From assembly GCA_020632155.1 (NCBI GenBank), contig JACKGE010000002.1, positions 21,293 through 85,292 of the forward strand: a DNA stretch of 64,000 bases, written 5' to 3'. The DNA is from Candidatus Nomurabacteria bacterium (GTDB taxonomy: Bacteria; Patescibacteriota; Minisyncoccia; Phycocordibacterales; UBA918). A model generated the notes under the pieces. It was not told the DNA's origin. It searched no databases and was given only the letters and a program-made list of their open reading frames with translations. Position 1 is the first letter of the stretch, and each line of letters begins with the position of its first letter. A program made the position numbers and the translations under genes. This document shows, piece after piece, positions 17,052 to 27,086 of this stretch.

Positions 17052-18147
17052 TCAATGTATCAGCGAGTGTATAGGCTGCATCAGCAGTTGTAAAGCTGGC
17101 AGCGGCTGTTTTCATGGTCTGCTGACGTTCGCTATCTTCTAATATTTCTAGAATGGCTGCTGCTAGCATATGGTCGGTAAGGTTGTGTTCTTCAATCACC
17201 ATGGCAGCGCCGGTACGAGCATATGAATAGGCATTCTTGCGCTGATCGCGGCTAATATCCTCGGGAATCGGGATCAAGATCGAAGGTTTTTGTTTAAGAG
17301 CGATTTCAAAAATGCTACCGCTCCCAGCTCGCGACACTACAACTGACGCGGCATCAAGTGCAGCGGCCACCTCTGTAGAGGTTAGGCTCGGACGTACGTA
17401 ATAGTTTTCGAGTAGGCTTTGGTCGGTTACTAGAGCTGCTGCTGTTTCAGTCACTTTCTCAAAGTTCGCTTTTCCTGTTTGATGTAAGACAATGTAATTT
17501 GGTAGTAGCTCATCAAGCGCGTTAATAACAAGATCGTTTATGCGCTCTGCTCCGGATGATCCGCCGACAATGAAGACAAGTGGGCGACCTTCAGGAATGC
17601 CCAATGTTTGACGAGGTGCAGGATCGACAGCAAAAAAGACTTTTCGAATCGGCATACCAATAAGGGCAACCTTTTCTGGAGCGAATAGTGGTCCAGCATC
17701 GTCATGTGCGATGCCGATGTATCTTGAAAAGCGAGCAGCAAAGGCGTTGGCTCGTCCTGGTACGGCATCTGATTCATGAATGACAATTGGGATACGCAGG
17801 AGCCAAGCAGCAATTATAACGGGTATGCTGGTGTAACCACCTTTACTCATTACCACATCAGGATACAACCAGAAGAGTTTATAAAAAGCCACAAAGATAC
17901 CACCAATGATCTTGAATTTGTCGGTGAAGTTTCGCCATGAACGGTAGAGACGCTGCTTCCCTGCCGGACAATAAACATGCTCAATATGAAGTCGTTCAAG
18001 CTCTGTTACATCATAGGGATCGGGACCCATGTATAGAACCTCCACATCAATACCAAGAGACTGCCCACGCTCGTACAGCGCTTCCGTTATAGCCATCAGC
18101 GGATAAAAATGACCGCCTGTTCCCCCACCAACAAGTACAACTCTCAT
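17026..18147 (-). CDS. murG: MurG, the lipid II-forming N-acetylglucosaminyltransferase (EC 2.4.1.227)
   Basis: MRVVLVGGGTGGHFYP N-terminal signature, in the mraY-ftsW-murG gene order. Confidence 0.9.
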   Translation of the reverse strand: MRVVLVGGGTGGHFYPLMAITEALYERGQSLGIDVEVLYMGPDPYDVTELERLHIEHVYCPAGKQRLYRSWRNFTDKFKIIGGIFVAFYKLFWLYPDVVMSKGGYTSIPVIIAAWLLRIPIVIHESDAVPGRANAFAARFSRYIGIAHDDAGPLFAPEKVALIGMPIRKVFFAVDPAPRQTLGIPEGRPLVFIVGGSSGAERINDLVINALDELLPNYIVLHQTGKANFEKVTETAAALVTDQSLLENYYVRPSLTSTEVAAALDAASVVVSRAGSGSIFEIALKQKPSILIPIPEDISRDQRKNAYSYARTGAAMVIEEHNLTDHMLAAAILEILEDSERQQTMKTAAASFTTADAAYTLADTLIGIGREHE

Positions 18148-18169
18148 TACTGACTAGTTTAGCATGCTG

Positions 18170-19327
18170 TTACACACGGGTTTTTTGGTATTTAGAGACA
18201 TTGAGGACAATACCAACCGAAGCTAACGTACTAAGAAGTGCCGTACCCCCATGACTGATAAATGGCAACGTTAGTCCGAGCATTGGAGCTAGGGCTACCA
18301 TAGCGTACATATTAAGCATGGCCTGTGTGACAATAAGAGTCACGAACCCAACTGTCAGCAGCATACCGAATTGGTCTTGTGCATGAGTCGCCACCCGATA
18401 CCCTCGAAATGAAAAAGCTGCAAATAGAGCCACCAAAATGAAGCTACCAATAAAGCCAAATTCTTCTGCGTAGACCGCAAAAATAGCGTCACCAATTGGT
18501 TCAGGTAGGTACTCGAACTTTTGGATGCTTTGACCAAAACCACGACCGCTCATACCACCAGAGCCGACTGCAATCAAAGACTGTTGTACTTGATAACTAG
18601 AACCCAAGGGGTCGCTGTTTGGGTCAATAAAGCTGGTAATGCGATCCATGATGTAGGGGCGCATAACCGCAAGAACGGCAATAAGCAAAATGGCTAGTCC
18701 GCCAAGTATGGCAACATCACGCCAGCGACCGCCGCCAGTTATAAACATAGCGGCCGCGGCGCTAGCCATAAGCAGAAAGGTGTCAGTGTCTGGCTGCGCT
18801 AGCATAATGAGACCGACAATACCTACGATGGCAGCAAATGGTAAGGTGCCTTTTAAAAAATCATGAGTATGTTTGCTCATGCCGGAGAGCCAAGTTGCTA
18901 CATAAATAATAAATCCAAGTTTCAAAAATTCAGCTGGTTGAAACGAGAAACCCGCGATCTCGATCCAGCGCTTAGCACCCCCGTGTTCAAAACCAATCGG
19001 TGAAAATACCAATAGCGTCAATACAATGGACGCAAGAAACAAATAGAACGCAAAACGGCGCCAATTACGATAATGAATCTGGCTGGTAATGAACAAGGCT
19101 ACCGTTCCACCCACGATCCCAAACAACACTTGATTAAACGCCACCGAAGAAAAGCTAGCGCCACCACGGGCTAACAACCCAAGCGAGGCGGAAGTAAAGA
19201 TAAAAAACCCCACGATGACCAAAAGCACGGTGATAATAAGCAGAATACGGTCGACGTGTTTCAGCATACTCGTTAGATAAGTGCCAGTAAGATGCCGATA
19301 ATTGCAAACACAAAACCAAGCACCCAA
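18170..19327 (-). CDS. ftsW: SEDS-family lipid II flippase/peptidoglycan polymerase (FtsW/RodA)
   Basis: 10-TM SEDS protein between mraY and murG. The start is probably at 19267 (MLKHVD). Confidence 0.85.
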   Translation of the reverse strand: MGAWFCVCNYRHLTGTYLTSMLKHVDRILLIITVLLVIVGFFIFTSASLGLLARGGASFSSVAFNQVLFGIVGGTVALFITSQIHYRNWRRFAFYLFLASIVLTLLVFSPIGFEHGGAKRWIEIAGFSFQPAEFLKLGFIIYVATWLSGMSKHTHDFLKGTLPFAAIVGIVGLIMLAQPDTDTFLLMASAAAAMFITGGGRWRDVAILGGLAILLIAVLAVMRPYIMDRITSFIDPNSDPLGSSYQVQQSLIAVGSGGMSGRGFGQSIQKFEYLPEPIGDAIFAVYAEEFGFIGSFILVALFAAFSFRGYRVATHAQDQFGMLLTVGFVTLIVTQAMLNMYAMVALAPMLGLTLPFISHGGTALLSTLASVGIVLNVSKYQKTRV

Positions 19328-20343
19328 TACCGCATGGTTACTTTATGTCCTGGCCATCCAAGCGCTTCAAAATGATGATGCAGTGGCGCAATAAGAAGTA
19401 CCTTACGGCCAAAGAACTTTTTACCAAGTATCTGGACCACATTCATAATAACGGTGGCCACCAGTAAGAAACCAACTATAGGCAAAATAGAGACCCCTAT
19501 TCCCTCACCAAGTGCGTCGGTGCTAAACGCCACTACAGTAAGGCTCATGGTGAGAGCCATAATACCGGTCTCAGTCATGTAAAAACGCGCCGGTGGGATG
19601 TTAAACCACAAAAAAGCCAAGATACCACCAACTATGGTCGTACATAGTGCGGCGATGTCGTACTGTTGCTGCAAAAACGCTACGGCACTGTATGATGCAA
19701 AAATGAACATGAAAACGCCGCCGGCAAGACCGTCAATGCCATCAATGACGCTACTCATGTAAACACACATAGCAACAAAAATAAAAAATGGAATGAACCA
19801 GAGGCCGAGCTCTAGCGTGCCAAAGTTGAACAGGCTGACGGCGTGGACCCCAAGCTTTTCGTAGAACCACCACGCAGAGAAAGCGGCCGTTAAGCCAACT
19901 ACCAGAATGCGCTGTGAAAGCGGCAGTCCGCCGGCAAAGTGCTTGCCAGAACCGCGGATAGTGAGAAGGTCATCAAGAAAACCCACCGCGGCACCAATGA
20001 TAAGCGCCAAAAGCGGCAGCCACGTCTGTGATCGACTAAGAAAATTAAGGTTTCCCAGTACGCTGTCCGTAAACAGAACTGATAGTAGCCATAAGGCACC
20101 TGTTGTGAGTAAAATACTGCTCCAAATGACGACACCACCAAGACGAGGAGTATTTGTGTCGGTGTGCTCATGTATCTGGTTGAACAATGGCGTCCCTCCC
20201 CCACCATAACCAGCTACCTTACCGGACTGCTTTTTCCACGCGTGGTGTTTGTATAGATAGTGAGTAACGATAGGGGTAATGGCAATACCAATAAAAAAGG
20301 CTAAAGCGGTTGGCAAAAATACTTTAATTAAAAGTGGTTCCAT
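19273..20343 (-). CDS. mraY: Phospho-N-acetylmuramoyl-pentapeptide transferase
   Basis: MraY-like polytopic protein with the DD..D and HHH motif region (PLHHHFE). Confidence 0.9.
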   Translation of the reverse strand: MEPLLIKVFLPTALAFFIGIAITPIVTHYLYKHHAWKKQSGKVAGYGGGGTPLFNQIHEHTDTNTPRLGGVVIWSSILLTTGALWLLSVLFTDSVLGNLNFLSRSQTWLPLLALIIGAAVGFLDDLLTIRGSGKHFAGGLPLSQRILVVGLTAAFSAWWFYEKLGVHAVSLFNFGTLELGLWFIPFFIFVAMCVYMSSVIDGIDGLAGGVFMFIFASYSAVAFLQQQYDIAALCTTIVGGILAFLWFNIPPARFYMTETGIMALTMSLTVVAFSTDALGEGIGVSILPIVGFLLVATVIMNVVQILGKKFFGRKVLLIAPLHHHFEALGWPGHKVTMRYWVLGFVFAIIGILLALI

Positions 20344-20345
20344 AC

Positions 20346-21431
20346 TTATTGTGAGATTACATTACGAGCGTATTCGCTCAAGTGTACGACATCACTGAAG
20401 CGACCGTTATAGGTCGAGCCAAGTACGACAACAATGACCGGTCGATTAAGGCTGGCATCAAAAGCAATCGCTAAATTACCTCCGGCCAAAGTTGTGTACC
20501 CCGTCTTTGAACCGAGAATGCCAACAATGTCGTCGACAGTCTGGTTGGTATTACGTACCTGATGTACCACTCCGCTTTCACTCGCAAGCTGAGCATCAGT
20601 TTTGTTGGTCACCTCAAGTATGGTCGGCGCATGTTTAAGGATATATTCCACCAAAAAAGCTGTGTCACGAGCAGAACCATATGCTCCGGCTTCTGTCTCT
20701 GAAAGGTCGAGTCCGGTCGGGTTGCGATAGTAGGTTTGAGATAATCCGAGTTCATCAGCTCGGATATTCATTGCTTGCACAAATGTTTCGGTCGGGGCGC
20801 TACTGCTCAGTACAGCGCCAGCGGCGTTAGCAAGAGCAAACGCACCGTCATTAGATGAACTGATAAGCGTAAGGTCGCTCAGGTCCTCAGCATTAAAGGT
20901 TTCCCCGCTTGAAAGGCCACTCTCACCATCTTGGTCAATTGCACTCTCTGGAATAGTGATGGTCGAATTACTGGCCACAATCTCATGCGCGACTAAGGCA
21001 GTCATTAGTTTAGTGAGAGAAGCCAATGGCAGACGCTCATCGGGGTTTTTAGCATACAGGATACGCTGGGTATTCACGTCCCAGACAAAAGCAGCGGTCG
21101 CGGTAATGGTAACGTCATCGTTTGCGCCGCCACGCTGTAGAGCCTCTGGAGCAGTTACTGTTTCTGTGGCAGTGCTAGTGTTTGCCATTTGGTCAGTATC
21201 GGAATCATCTCCCAGAAGCGCTAAAACAGTTGTTACCAGCCCAGAACCAAAGATGACCAACAAAAGCAGTGCCAAGATCATCAGTTGTTGCTTGACTGGA
21301 ACAGTCTTTCGGCTTGGTGAAAGATCGTCTTCAAACAACGTTGACACATTTTCCTCTACAGTTGTTTCTGGTTCTTCATTCATACCGCTAGACCATTGTC
21401 TCTTCAGTTTTGGTACGTTCGTACGCATCAA
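20346..21431 (-). CDS. Serine-type D-Ala-D-Ala carboxypeptidase (S11, PBP5-like) with an N-terminal TM anchor
   Basis: SxxK active-site motif ASLTKLMTA. Confidence 0.75.
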   Translation of the reverse strand: MMRTNVPKLKRQWSSGMNEEPETTVEENVSTLFEDDLSPSRKTVPVKQQLMILALLLLVIFGSGLVTTVLALLGDDSDTDQMANTSTATETVTAPEALQRGGANDDVTITATAAFVWDVNTQRILYAKNPDERLPLASLTKLMTALVAHEIVASNSTITIPESAIDQDGESGLSSGETFNAEDLSDLTLISSSNDGAFALANAAGAVLSSSAPTETFVQAMNIRADELGLSQTYYRNPTGLDLSETEAGAYGSARDTAFLVEYILKHAPTILEVTNKTDAQLASESGVVHQVRNTNQTVDDIVGILGSKTGYTTLAGGNLAIAFDASLNRPVIVVVLGSTYNGRFSDVVHLSEYARNVISQ

Positions 21432-21924
21432 GAGCTGCCATTACTTGGTCAAAGTCCGGAGCCTTGGTGCGCTCAGTAATACCAAGGTGTGCCAACAGAT
21501 CAGTTGTTGGCATAAACTGCACCTGTTTGCTTGCGGTATTTTTTTCTATCAGTCCTCGCACCATCAAACTTCGTAAAATATAGGCTGAGTTAACTCCTCG
21601 AATACGATCAATCTCGGCGCGACTAATTGGGCCACGATACAGCACAATAGCCAGCGTTTCAGCGCCCGCTTTGCCGATATCCCGTTTCATTTCGTCTTTA
21701 CGGATAGCTTCGATGAGCTGGTCTGCCTCTGGTGCAGTTCTAAGGTCCAGTTCAGTATCAGTCATAATGAGGGCCACTCCTCGTCCAGTAAGGGTTTCTG
21801 ACAGCGTTTCGGCCACTTTTTTTAGATCATCTTCGGACACAGAAAAAAGCTTGGCTAAAGCCGTTATTTTCATTGGGGCAGCCTTATAAAAAAGCACTGC
21901 CTCAAGCTGTTGTGGCAATTCCAT
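21388..21924 (-). CDS. scpB: Segregation and condensation protein B
   Basis: ScpB-like winged-helix pair (LEAVLFY...), directly downstream of scpA. Confidence 0.85.
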   Translation of the reverse strand: MELPQQLEAVLFYKAAPMKITALAKLFSVSEDDLKKVAETLSETLTGRGVALIMTDTELDLRTAPEADQLIEAIRKDEMKRDIGKAGAETLAIVLYRGPISRAEIDRIRGVNSAYILRSLMVRGLIEKNTASKQVQFMPTTDLLAHLGITERTKAPDFDQVMAALDAYERTKTEETMV

Positions 21925-21973
21925 GTACGATTATAGTAGCAGAAATATAGGTTTTTTGCTTGTATCAGTGTGT

Positions 21974-22720
21974 TTAGTGGTAGCGGGGTGTTTTAAAGTT
22001 CTCGCGCTCAATTTCGATATCAGCAAAGCGCTGTAGCTGTGCCACCATAATACTTCCCTGTTTGACCGACTCTAGAACTGCTAAAAAACCAACAATAACA
22101 GTGGTGCGTTCTTGTTCAAGACCAATAAGGTCGCTAAAACGCATACGCATTTGATTTTCTATTCGAGTTTGTAGGCGTTCCATCATTTCCTCAAGAGAAA
22201 TGACTTTTTTAACCCGCACTTTTGGTTTTTCTTCACTTTTTGGCAGCGCTTCAAGTACACGACTCATTGCTTCACGCAGTTCTGTGGGGTCACAAAAAAC
22301 ATCAGGTACAAAAAGAGGTTTAGTATCGGAAACATACTGCCGTTCATGTAGTACCGTAGTTCCAAAAAGTGCTTCTATACCACGTGCTGCATCGCGATAA
22401 ATTTGATAGAGCTTGAGCCGTTCTTCAAGGTCTTCAATGACGTCCTCTTCTTCCGGAGTAAGCTCAAAGACCGGCAAGAGCGATTTAGATTTGATAAGAA
22501 GCAGTGTTGCTGCGAGCGCCACGAAATTAGTGGTGTTTGGAAGTGAGAGCTCCTGCATACGCGAAACGTGGCCCATGTACTCGTCGGTCACCTCAGCTAG
22601 AGAGATGTCATTAATGAGTAGTTTGCGCTTTTCCACGAGGTCCAACAAAAGCTCTAGCGGACCTTCAAAGACCGGTGTTTTTATAGCAAAAGAATCTGGT
22701 ATGGTCACCGATTCAGGCAT
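21974..22720 (-). CDS. scpA: Segregation and condensation protein A
   Basis: ScpA/kleisin-like N-terminus (FEGPLELLLDLV). Confidence 0.85.
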   Translation of the reverse strand: MPESVTIPDSFAIKTPVFEGPLELLLDLVEKRKLLINDISLAEVTDEYMGHVSRMQELSLPNTTNFVALAATLLLIKSKSLLPVFELTPEEEDVIEDLEERLKLYQIYRDAARGIEALFGTTVLHERQYVSDTKPLFVPDVFCDPTELREAMSRVLEALPKSEEKPKVRVKKVISLEEMMERLQTRIENQMRMRFSDLIGLEQERTTVIVGFLAVLESVKQGSIMVAQLQRFADIEIERENFKTPRYH

Positions 22721-22737
22721 GGGTAAATGATATCACG

Positions 22738-23367
22738 CTAGGCTGTAAAAAAACCTTCATCAATCATTGCGTTACCAATGACTTTATTAAAGCGATGAAT
22801 GCAAGGAAACCGTTGCGTGTACGGGTCTTTAATCTTGAAATGGTCCTCTATGTTTGCATTATGGAAATGGCAAATATCCTTGCCTTCTTTTCTATATAAA
22901 TGGAAGGTTGGCTCAATACGATCGATTGCCTTAGTAAACTGAGCCTCGATTGTTTTTTGTTCTTCATATTCGTTCAAAAGTTCTGTTGCATACCGCTGCA
23001 TTGACGTGGGTATTCGTGTGATGATTTGTTGAGCAGCGAGTGCCTCGGTTTCTCTATCTGCTTGCGTCTTTAGATAACCAATCTTGTCACCAGTTATAAT
23101 CTCATCAATATCGTGATACTGAATCATTCCATATATTCTATGGATATTGAGTGAATTATTAGGGTCTTCAAGGGGTAAAAAGTAATGAACAAGTACATGC
23201 ATCGCATAGACATGTTCTGCTACACTTTCAGTTTCATGTTTTTCAGTTCTATCAAAATGATACCTAATAACTTTTTTAAGCTTGAAAAGTTCCTGAAGCT
23301 TCTTTGTTTCAGAAGCGACAAACTCATCATCTTCTAGTATTCGTTTTCTAGTTTCTTCGAGGGTCAT
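22738..23367 (-). CDS. HD-domain hydrolase (YfbR-like 5'-deoxynucleotidase family)
   Basis: H...HVYAMHVL ... YHDIDEIITGD HD motif. Confidence 0.6.
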   Translation of the reverse strand: MTLEETRKRILEDDEFVASETKKLQELFKLKKVIRYHFDRTEKHETESVAEHVYAMHVLVHYFLPLEDPNNSLNIHRIYGMIQYHDIDEIITGDKIGYLKTQADRETEALAAQQIITRIPTSMQRYATELLNEYEEQKTIEAQFTKAIDRIEPTFHLYRKEGKDICHFHNANIEDHFKIKDPYTQRFPCIHRFNKVIGNAMIDEGFFTA

Positions 23368-24791
23368 GACTGTTCTAAAAATCGTACTAACAATCGAACC
23401 GGTTCTCCCGTTGAGCCTTTAGTCAATTTATCACTAGGAATCGATTCCATACGCGGTGCGATATCGATATGTGCCCACGGACACTTAGGGGCAAAGAATG
23501 ATAGGAAGGCTGCTCCTTCAATAGTCCCGCCAAAACGCGAGAAATTCGGTTGAATATTAGCCACGTCTGCTCGGGTGTTCTTAAGTGGCGCCTTATACTC
23601 ATCCCAAAGTGGCAGTGGCCATACATAGTCACCACTTTCCTCCCCTATTGCAACTAATATATCCTGCAGCTTCTGGTCGGTGGTCATTATTGCTGATGCT
23701 TGCTGGCCAAGTGCCACTAAAGCGGCGCCAGTAAGCGTTGCCACATCCAAGACTACTTTTGGATCGTACTTTTGCGCGTACGAAAGACCGTCGGCCAGTA
23801 CGAGTCGACCCTCAGCGTCGGTATGCAACACTTCAATTGTTTTGCCGGAATGTGATTTGATGATGTCACCGGCACGCATGGCGCGATCAGAGACAGCGTT
23901 TTCTGCGGCTGGCACCAGAGCCACGATGTTCTTTTTAAGGCCCAATTTGGCAGCACAAACAATACTGGCAATAACTGATGCCCCACCAGACATATCAAGG
24001 TGCATGTCATGCATGGCTCCGGACGGTTTTATATTGAGACCTCCCGTATCGTACGTGATTCCCTTTCCTACCAATATTGTTGGTTGTTTCTTTTTGTCCT
24101 TAGAACTTTTAGTTGGTTTCCCCAGCCCCCAGTACTCCATGACAATAAAGCGCGGCATGTCATTGGCGCCTTTGCCAACTGCCCAAAGTGCATGAAGGCC
24201 TTCTTTTTTGATGGCTTTTTCATCAAGTACCTTGACGGAAACCTTCGTACCTCGAGCCAGCTTTTTAGCGGCTGCTGCCAGCTCTGCCGGAGTCATGTCA
24301 TCACCAGGGGTGTTGGCAATGTCGCGGGCGTGATTTGTGTACGTTCCTACTACTTTGCCTTCGTTGAATGCTTTTTGTTCTGACTTGCTGAGACCACCAC
24401 AAATGAGTATTTCTTTTAACTCGGTTTTCTTTTTCTTGCTTGTTTTATAAGTGTTGAATTCGTATCCAGCCAGCAAAAGGTTTTCTGCTAGTGTTCTGAC
24501 TACCCAATCATCACCCCGTTCTTTAAGTTTTGGAAAAGGTGAATTTTGGAGTTGTATAGCCAAATGTTCGATATGGTGCGCTTTGGCAGCTCCTACAATA
24601 GTACGTACCAACGTAATAAAATGGCGCGGTGTAACTTGGTTCCATCTACCAACCCCTAGTCGATATTCAAGAACACCATCTTTTGTCTCAACTAAGCGGT
24701 GATCGTTACGATCTTTTTCAGTTACGATAAGCCGCACATATTTTTTGGGTACAGCCTTTATATTTTTGTTGGTAACGGTGAGTTTAAGCAT
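23364..24791 (-). CDS. pepA: Leucyl aminopeptidase (M17)
   Basis: NTDAEGRLVLADGLSYA M17 signature. Confidence 0.9.
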   Translation of the reverse strand: MLKLTVTNKNIKAVPKKYVRLIVTEKDRNDHRLVETKDGVLEYRLGVGRWNQVTPRHFITLVRTIVGAAKAHHIEHLAIQLQNSPFPKLKERGDDWVVRTLAENLLLAGYEFNTYKTSKKKKTELKEILICGGLSKSEQKAFNEGKVVGTYTNHARDIANTPGDDMTPAELAAAAKKLARGTKVSVKVLDEKAIKKEGLHALWAVGKGANDMPRFIVMEYWGLGKPTKSSKDKKKQPTILVGKGITYDTGGLNIKPSGAMHDMHLDMSGGASVIASIVCAAKLGLKKNIVALVPAAENAVSDRAMRAGDIIKSHSGKTIEVLHTDAEGRLVLADGLSYAQKYDPKVVLDVATLTGAALVALGQQASAIMTTDQKLQDILVAIGEESGDYVWPLPLWDEYKAPLKNTRADVANIQPNFSRFGGTIEGAAFLSFFAPKCPWAHIDIAPRMESIPSDKLTKGSTGEPVRLLVRFLEQS

Positions 24792-24809
24792 AGGTTTGTA
24801 TTGTATCAG

Positions 24810-24836
24810 AAAGCGCGGGCCGAAGGCCCGCGCTTT
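24810..24836. terminator. Intrinsic terminator after the aspS-like gene
   Basis: aaagcgcgggcc-gaa-ggcccgcgcttt. Confidence 0.75.
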
Positions 24837-24838
24837 GT

Positions 24839-26197
24839 TTACTCTTCGTTTTCAGTTGTATCTGCTTTGGATAATAGCGTATCAATACGGTTGATATCAC
24901 GCGGAAAAAGAGTTGCTTCTTTGACGTTTTGCACCCCACAGAATTTAGCGGTCAAACGCTCAAGACCCATACCCCAGCCTCCGTGTGGTGGAATACCATA
25001 CCGAAAGGCTTGCAGATAAAAGCTAAAGCTCTCTGGATCAAGGCCCTTCGCAGCAGCCTTTTGTTTTAAGGTCTCTAGATCATGTACACGCTGGCCGCCA
25101 GTGGTGATCTCAACTCCTCGGAAGAGGAGGTCAAAGCTTTTAGTGAAGCCGGGGTCGGTTTCATCTTCATACGTGTAGAACGGTCGTTTGCTGACCGGAT
25201 AATGGGTAATGAAAATGAAGTCCGAGCCTAGTTCATTCTTAGCATATTCACAAAGCCAGCGTTCATCTTCAGGCTCGAGATCTGGTTCGCTGGTCTTGTC
25301 TTCTCCGGTACGCTCTTTTATAAGAGCCTGTGCCTCTCGCAGTTTCATGTGAGGGAAAATGTCCCCTTCTGGTAACAGCGGCGCTGATACACCAAGTGTG
25401 TCGAGTTCAGGCTGGTGATGCGTTTTGAGATACTCAGTGATGTATCGCATAAGACCAGTTTCAATACGCATGATATCGAGATGGTCATCGATAAAGCCAA
25501 TTTCAGCGTCGAGTGAAGTATATTCGCTTAAGTGTCTTGTGGTAGCGCTCTTCTCAGCCCGAAAGGCAGTAGCAAACGAAAACACACGCTCAAACACTCC
25601 CACCAGCATTTGTTTATATAGCTGCGGACTGGTGGCCAAAAAAGCCGTGCGGTCTTTGAAGTAGCTAACCTTAAAGACCTCTGCCCCACCCTCAGCATCA
25701 CCACCTACCAATTTTGGCGCCTGAAACTCAGTAAAACCTTCTTGACGCAAGTACTCACCATAACACCGTACAATCGCCGCTTGAATGGTGAAAATGGCCC
25801 GTTCACGAGGGCGACGCAGCGTGAGTGGTCTATTGTCGAGCAGTGTATCAAGAGAGAATTCGTCGTTTAGATCAAATGGCAAGGCTTCGGCTTTGTTCAA
25901 AATGGTGATACCGGTGACCTCAAGTTCAATATCGCCGTTTTGTACCTTATCATTGATCATTTTTTCTGGTCGCTTGTTGACTAGACCAGTCACTTTGACC
26001 GCGGACTCAGCTGATACGCTTTCTGCGACAGCAAGCACTTCAGGCTTCCCAAAAACTACACCTTGTATCTTGCCGGTGCGGTCACGAAAATCAAAAAAGG
26101 CCATTTTACCTTGCAGACGCACGACGTCCGCTACAGCACTGATGCTTACTTCGCTGCCCACATGTTCCTGCAGGTCTTGTATAAGTGTTCGTTTCAT
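24839..26197 (-). CDS. aspS: Class IIb aminoacyl-tRNA synthetase, AspRS (archaeal/eukaryal type) or AsnRS
   Basis: N-terminal OB fold; motif 2 FRAEKSATTRHLSEYTSLDAE; motif 3 GGWGMGLERL...FPR. Asp versus Asn specificity cannot be decided from sequence alone. Confidence 0.7.
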   Translation of the reverse strand: MKRTLIQDLQEHVGSEVSISAVADVVRLQGKMAFFDFRDRTGKIQGVVFGKPEVLAVAESVSAESAVKVTGLVNKRPEKMINDKVQNGDIELEVTGITILNKAEALPFDLNDEFSLDTLLDNRPLTLRRPRERAIFTIQAAIVRCYGEYLRQEGFTEFQAPKLVGGDAEGGAEVFKVSYFKDRTAFLATSPQLYKQMLVGVFERVFSFATAFRAEKSATTRHLSEYTSLDAEIGFIDDHLDIMRIETGLMRYITEYLKTHHQPELDTLGVSAPLLPEGDIFPHMKLREAQALIKERTGEDKTSEPDLEPEDERWLCEYAKNELGSDFIFITHYPVSKRPFYTYEDETDPGFTKSFDLLFRGVEITTGGQRVHDLETLKQKAAAKGLDPESFSFYLQAFRYGIPPHGGWGMGLERLTAKFCGVQNVKEATLFPRDINRIDTLLSKADTTENEE

Positions 26198-26219
26198 ATA
26201 TCTAATTGGAACTGTTTAA

Positions 26220-26588
26220 CTATTGGATTCTTTCAATAACAAACTTTTTGTCATCAGCGTCGTATACGACCCTAATGTCTTTAGTGCAAGTAGACTCAAC
26301 TATAAATGTTAAAGTCGGCACTTCAGTAGAGAGAAACTTTGCTGATACAAAAATCTGATGCCCCTCAACAGAAATTGTCGGCGTGAATTCACTAGGCTCA
26401 CGTTCTGCAATTAGCTCAGCAACAGCCTTAGCAGTCTCCTTCAGGTCTGATGGCATATTTTCAAATGCTCCAGATGTATCTTCAAGTGACATAGGGTTGT
26501 ACAGAAACAGAAACGTCCCTGCATGCATATTATTACTAATACGTACGCAGGGACGATTCATACCAGCATGGTAAGTCCGTGGTGCCAC
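26220..26588 (-). CDS. Hypothetical protein
   Basis: ORF only; no recognisable motif. Confidence 0.35.
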   Translation of the reverse strand: MAPRTYHAGMNRPCVRISNNMHAGTFLFLYNPMSLEDTSGAFENMPSDLKETAKAVAELIAEREPSEFTPTISVEGHQIFVSAKFLSTEVPTLTFIVESTCTKDIRVVYDADDKKFVIERIQ

Positions 26589-26720
26589 CCTACTTCCCTA
26601 TCTGCTTACGAGACAGGCTTATTTAAGGTCACGCTATATCGGGCGTACCCGGAGAGTTCTACTTAGCATAAGCCTTTCTTCCCTCACCTCAGCGGTGTCA
26701 GCCGCTTCGTTGGTATATTC

Positions 26721-27083
26721 TTACTCTACCACTTCTTTTGTAAAAATCAATTCTGCCCAGTTTGAATTCATCATGTTATGTACAACTGAAAATTGAGAAA
26801 GTTGAGTGTCCTCTCTCATATAAGAATGTAAAAATGTACAGATTCTTTCACATAACAGATCACCTTCGTTTGGAGAATACTCATCCTTAAATGTAAGATG
26901 AAGTACCAGCGATGGAGATTCTCCCTCATCCATTTTTTCCCAGTCAGTTGTTTCTTCAAGTAAATCTGCAAAATCACTATTAAAAAGCCACCCTCGTATT
27001 GCAGCCTGTAATTTTAAAACAGGCCCTTGCTCGCGTTTTAATTTTTCTGCGGCAAAATCAATTGGTTTGGGTTCTTTTTCCAT
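26721..27083 (-). CDS. Hypothetical protein
   Basis: ORF only. Confidence 0.35.
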   Translation of the reverse strand: MEKEPKPIDFAAEKLKREQGPVLKLQAAIRGWLFNSDFADLLEETTDWEKMDEGESPSLVLHLTFKDEYSPNEGDLLCERICTFLHSYMREDTQLSQFSVVHNMMNSNWAELIFTKEVVE

Positions 27084-27086
27084 AAA

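Noticed and set aside
20956-21576. 206-aa plus-strand ORF
   Set aside because: Antisense to the well-supported dacA-like and scpB genes; Ser/Thr/Val-rich low-complexity translation typical of antisense frames.
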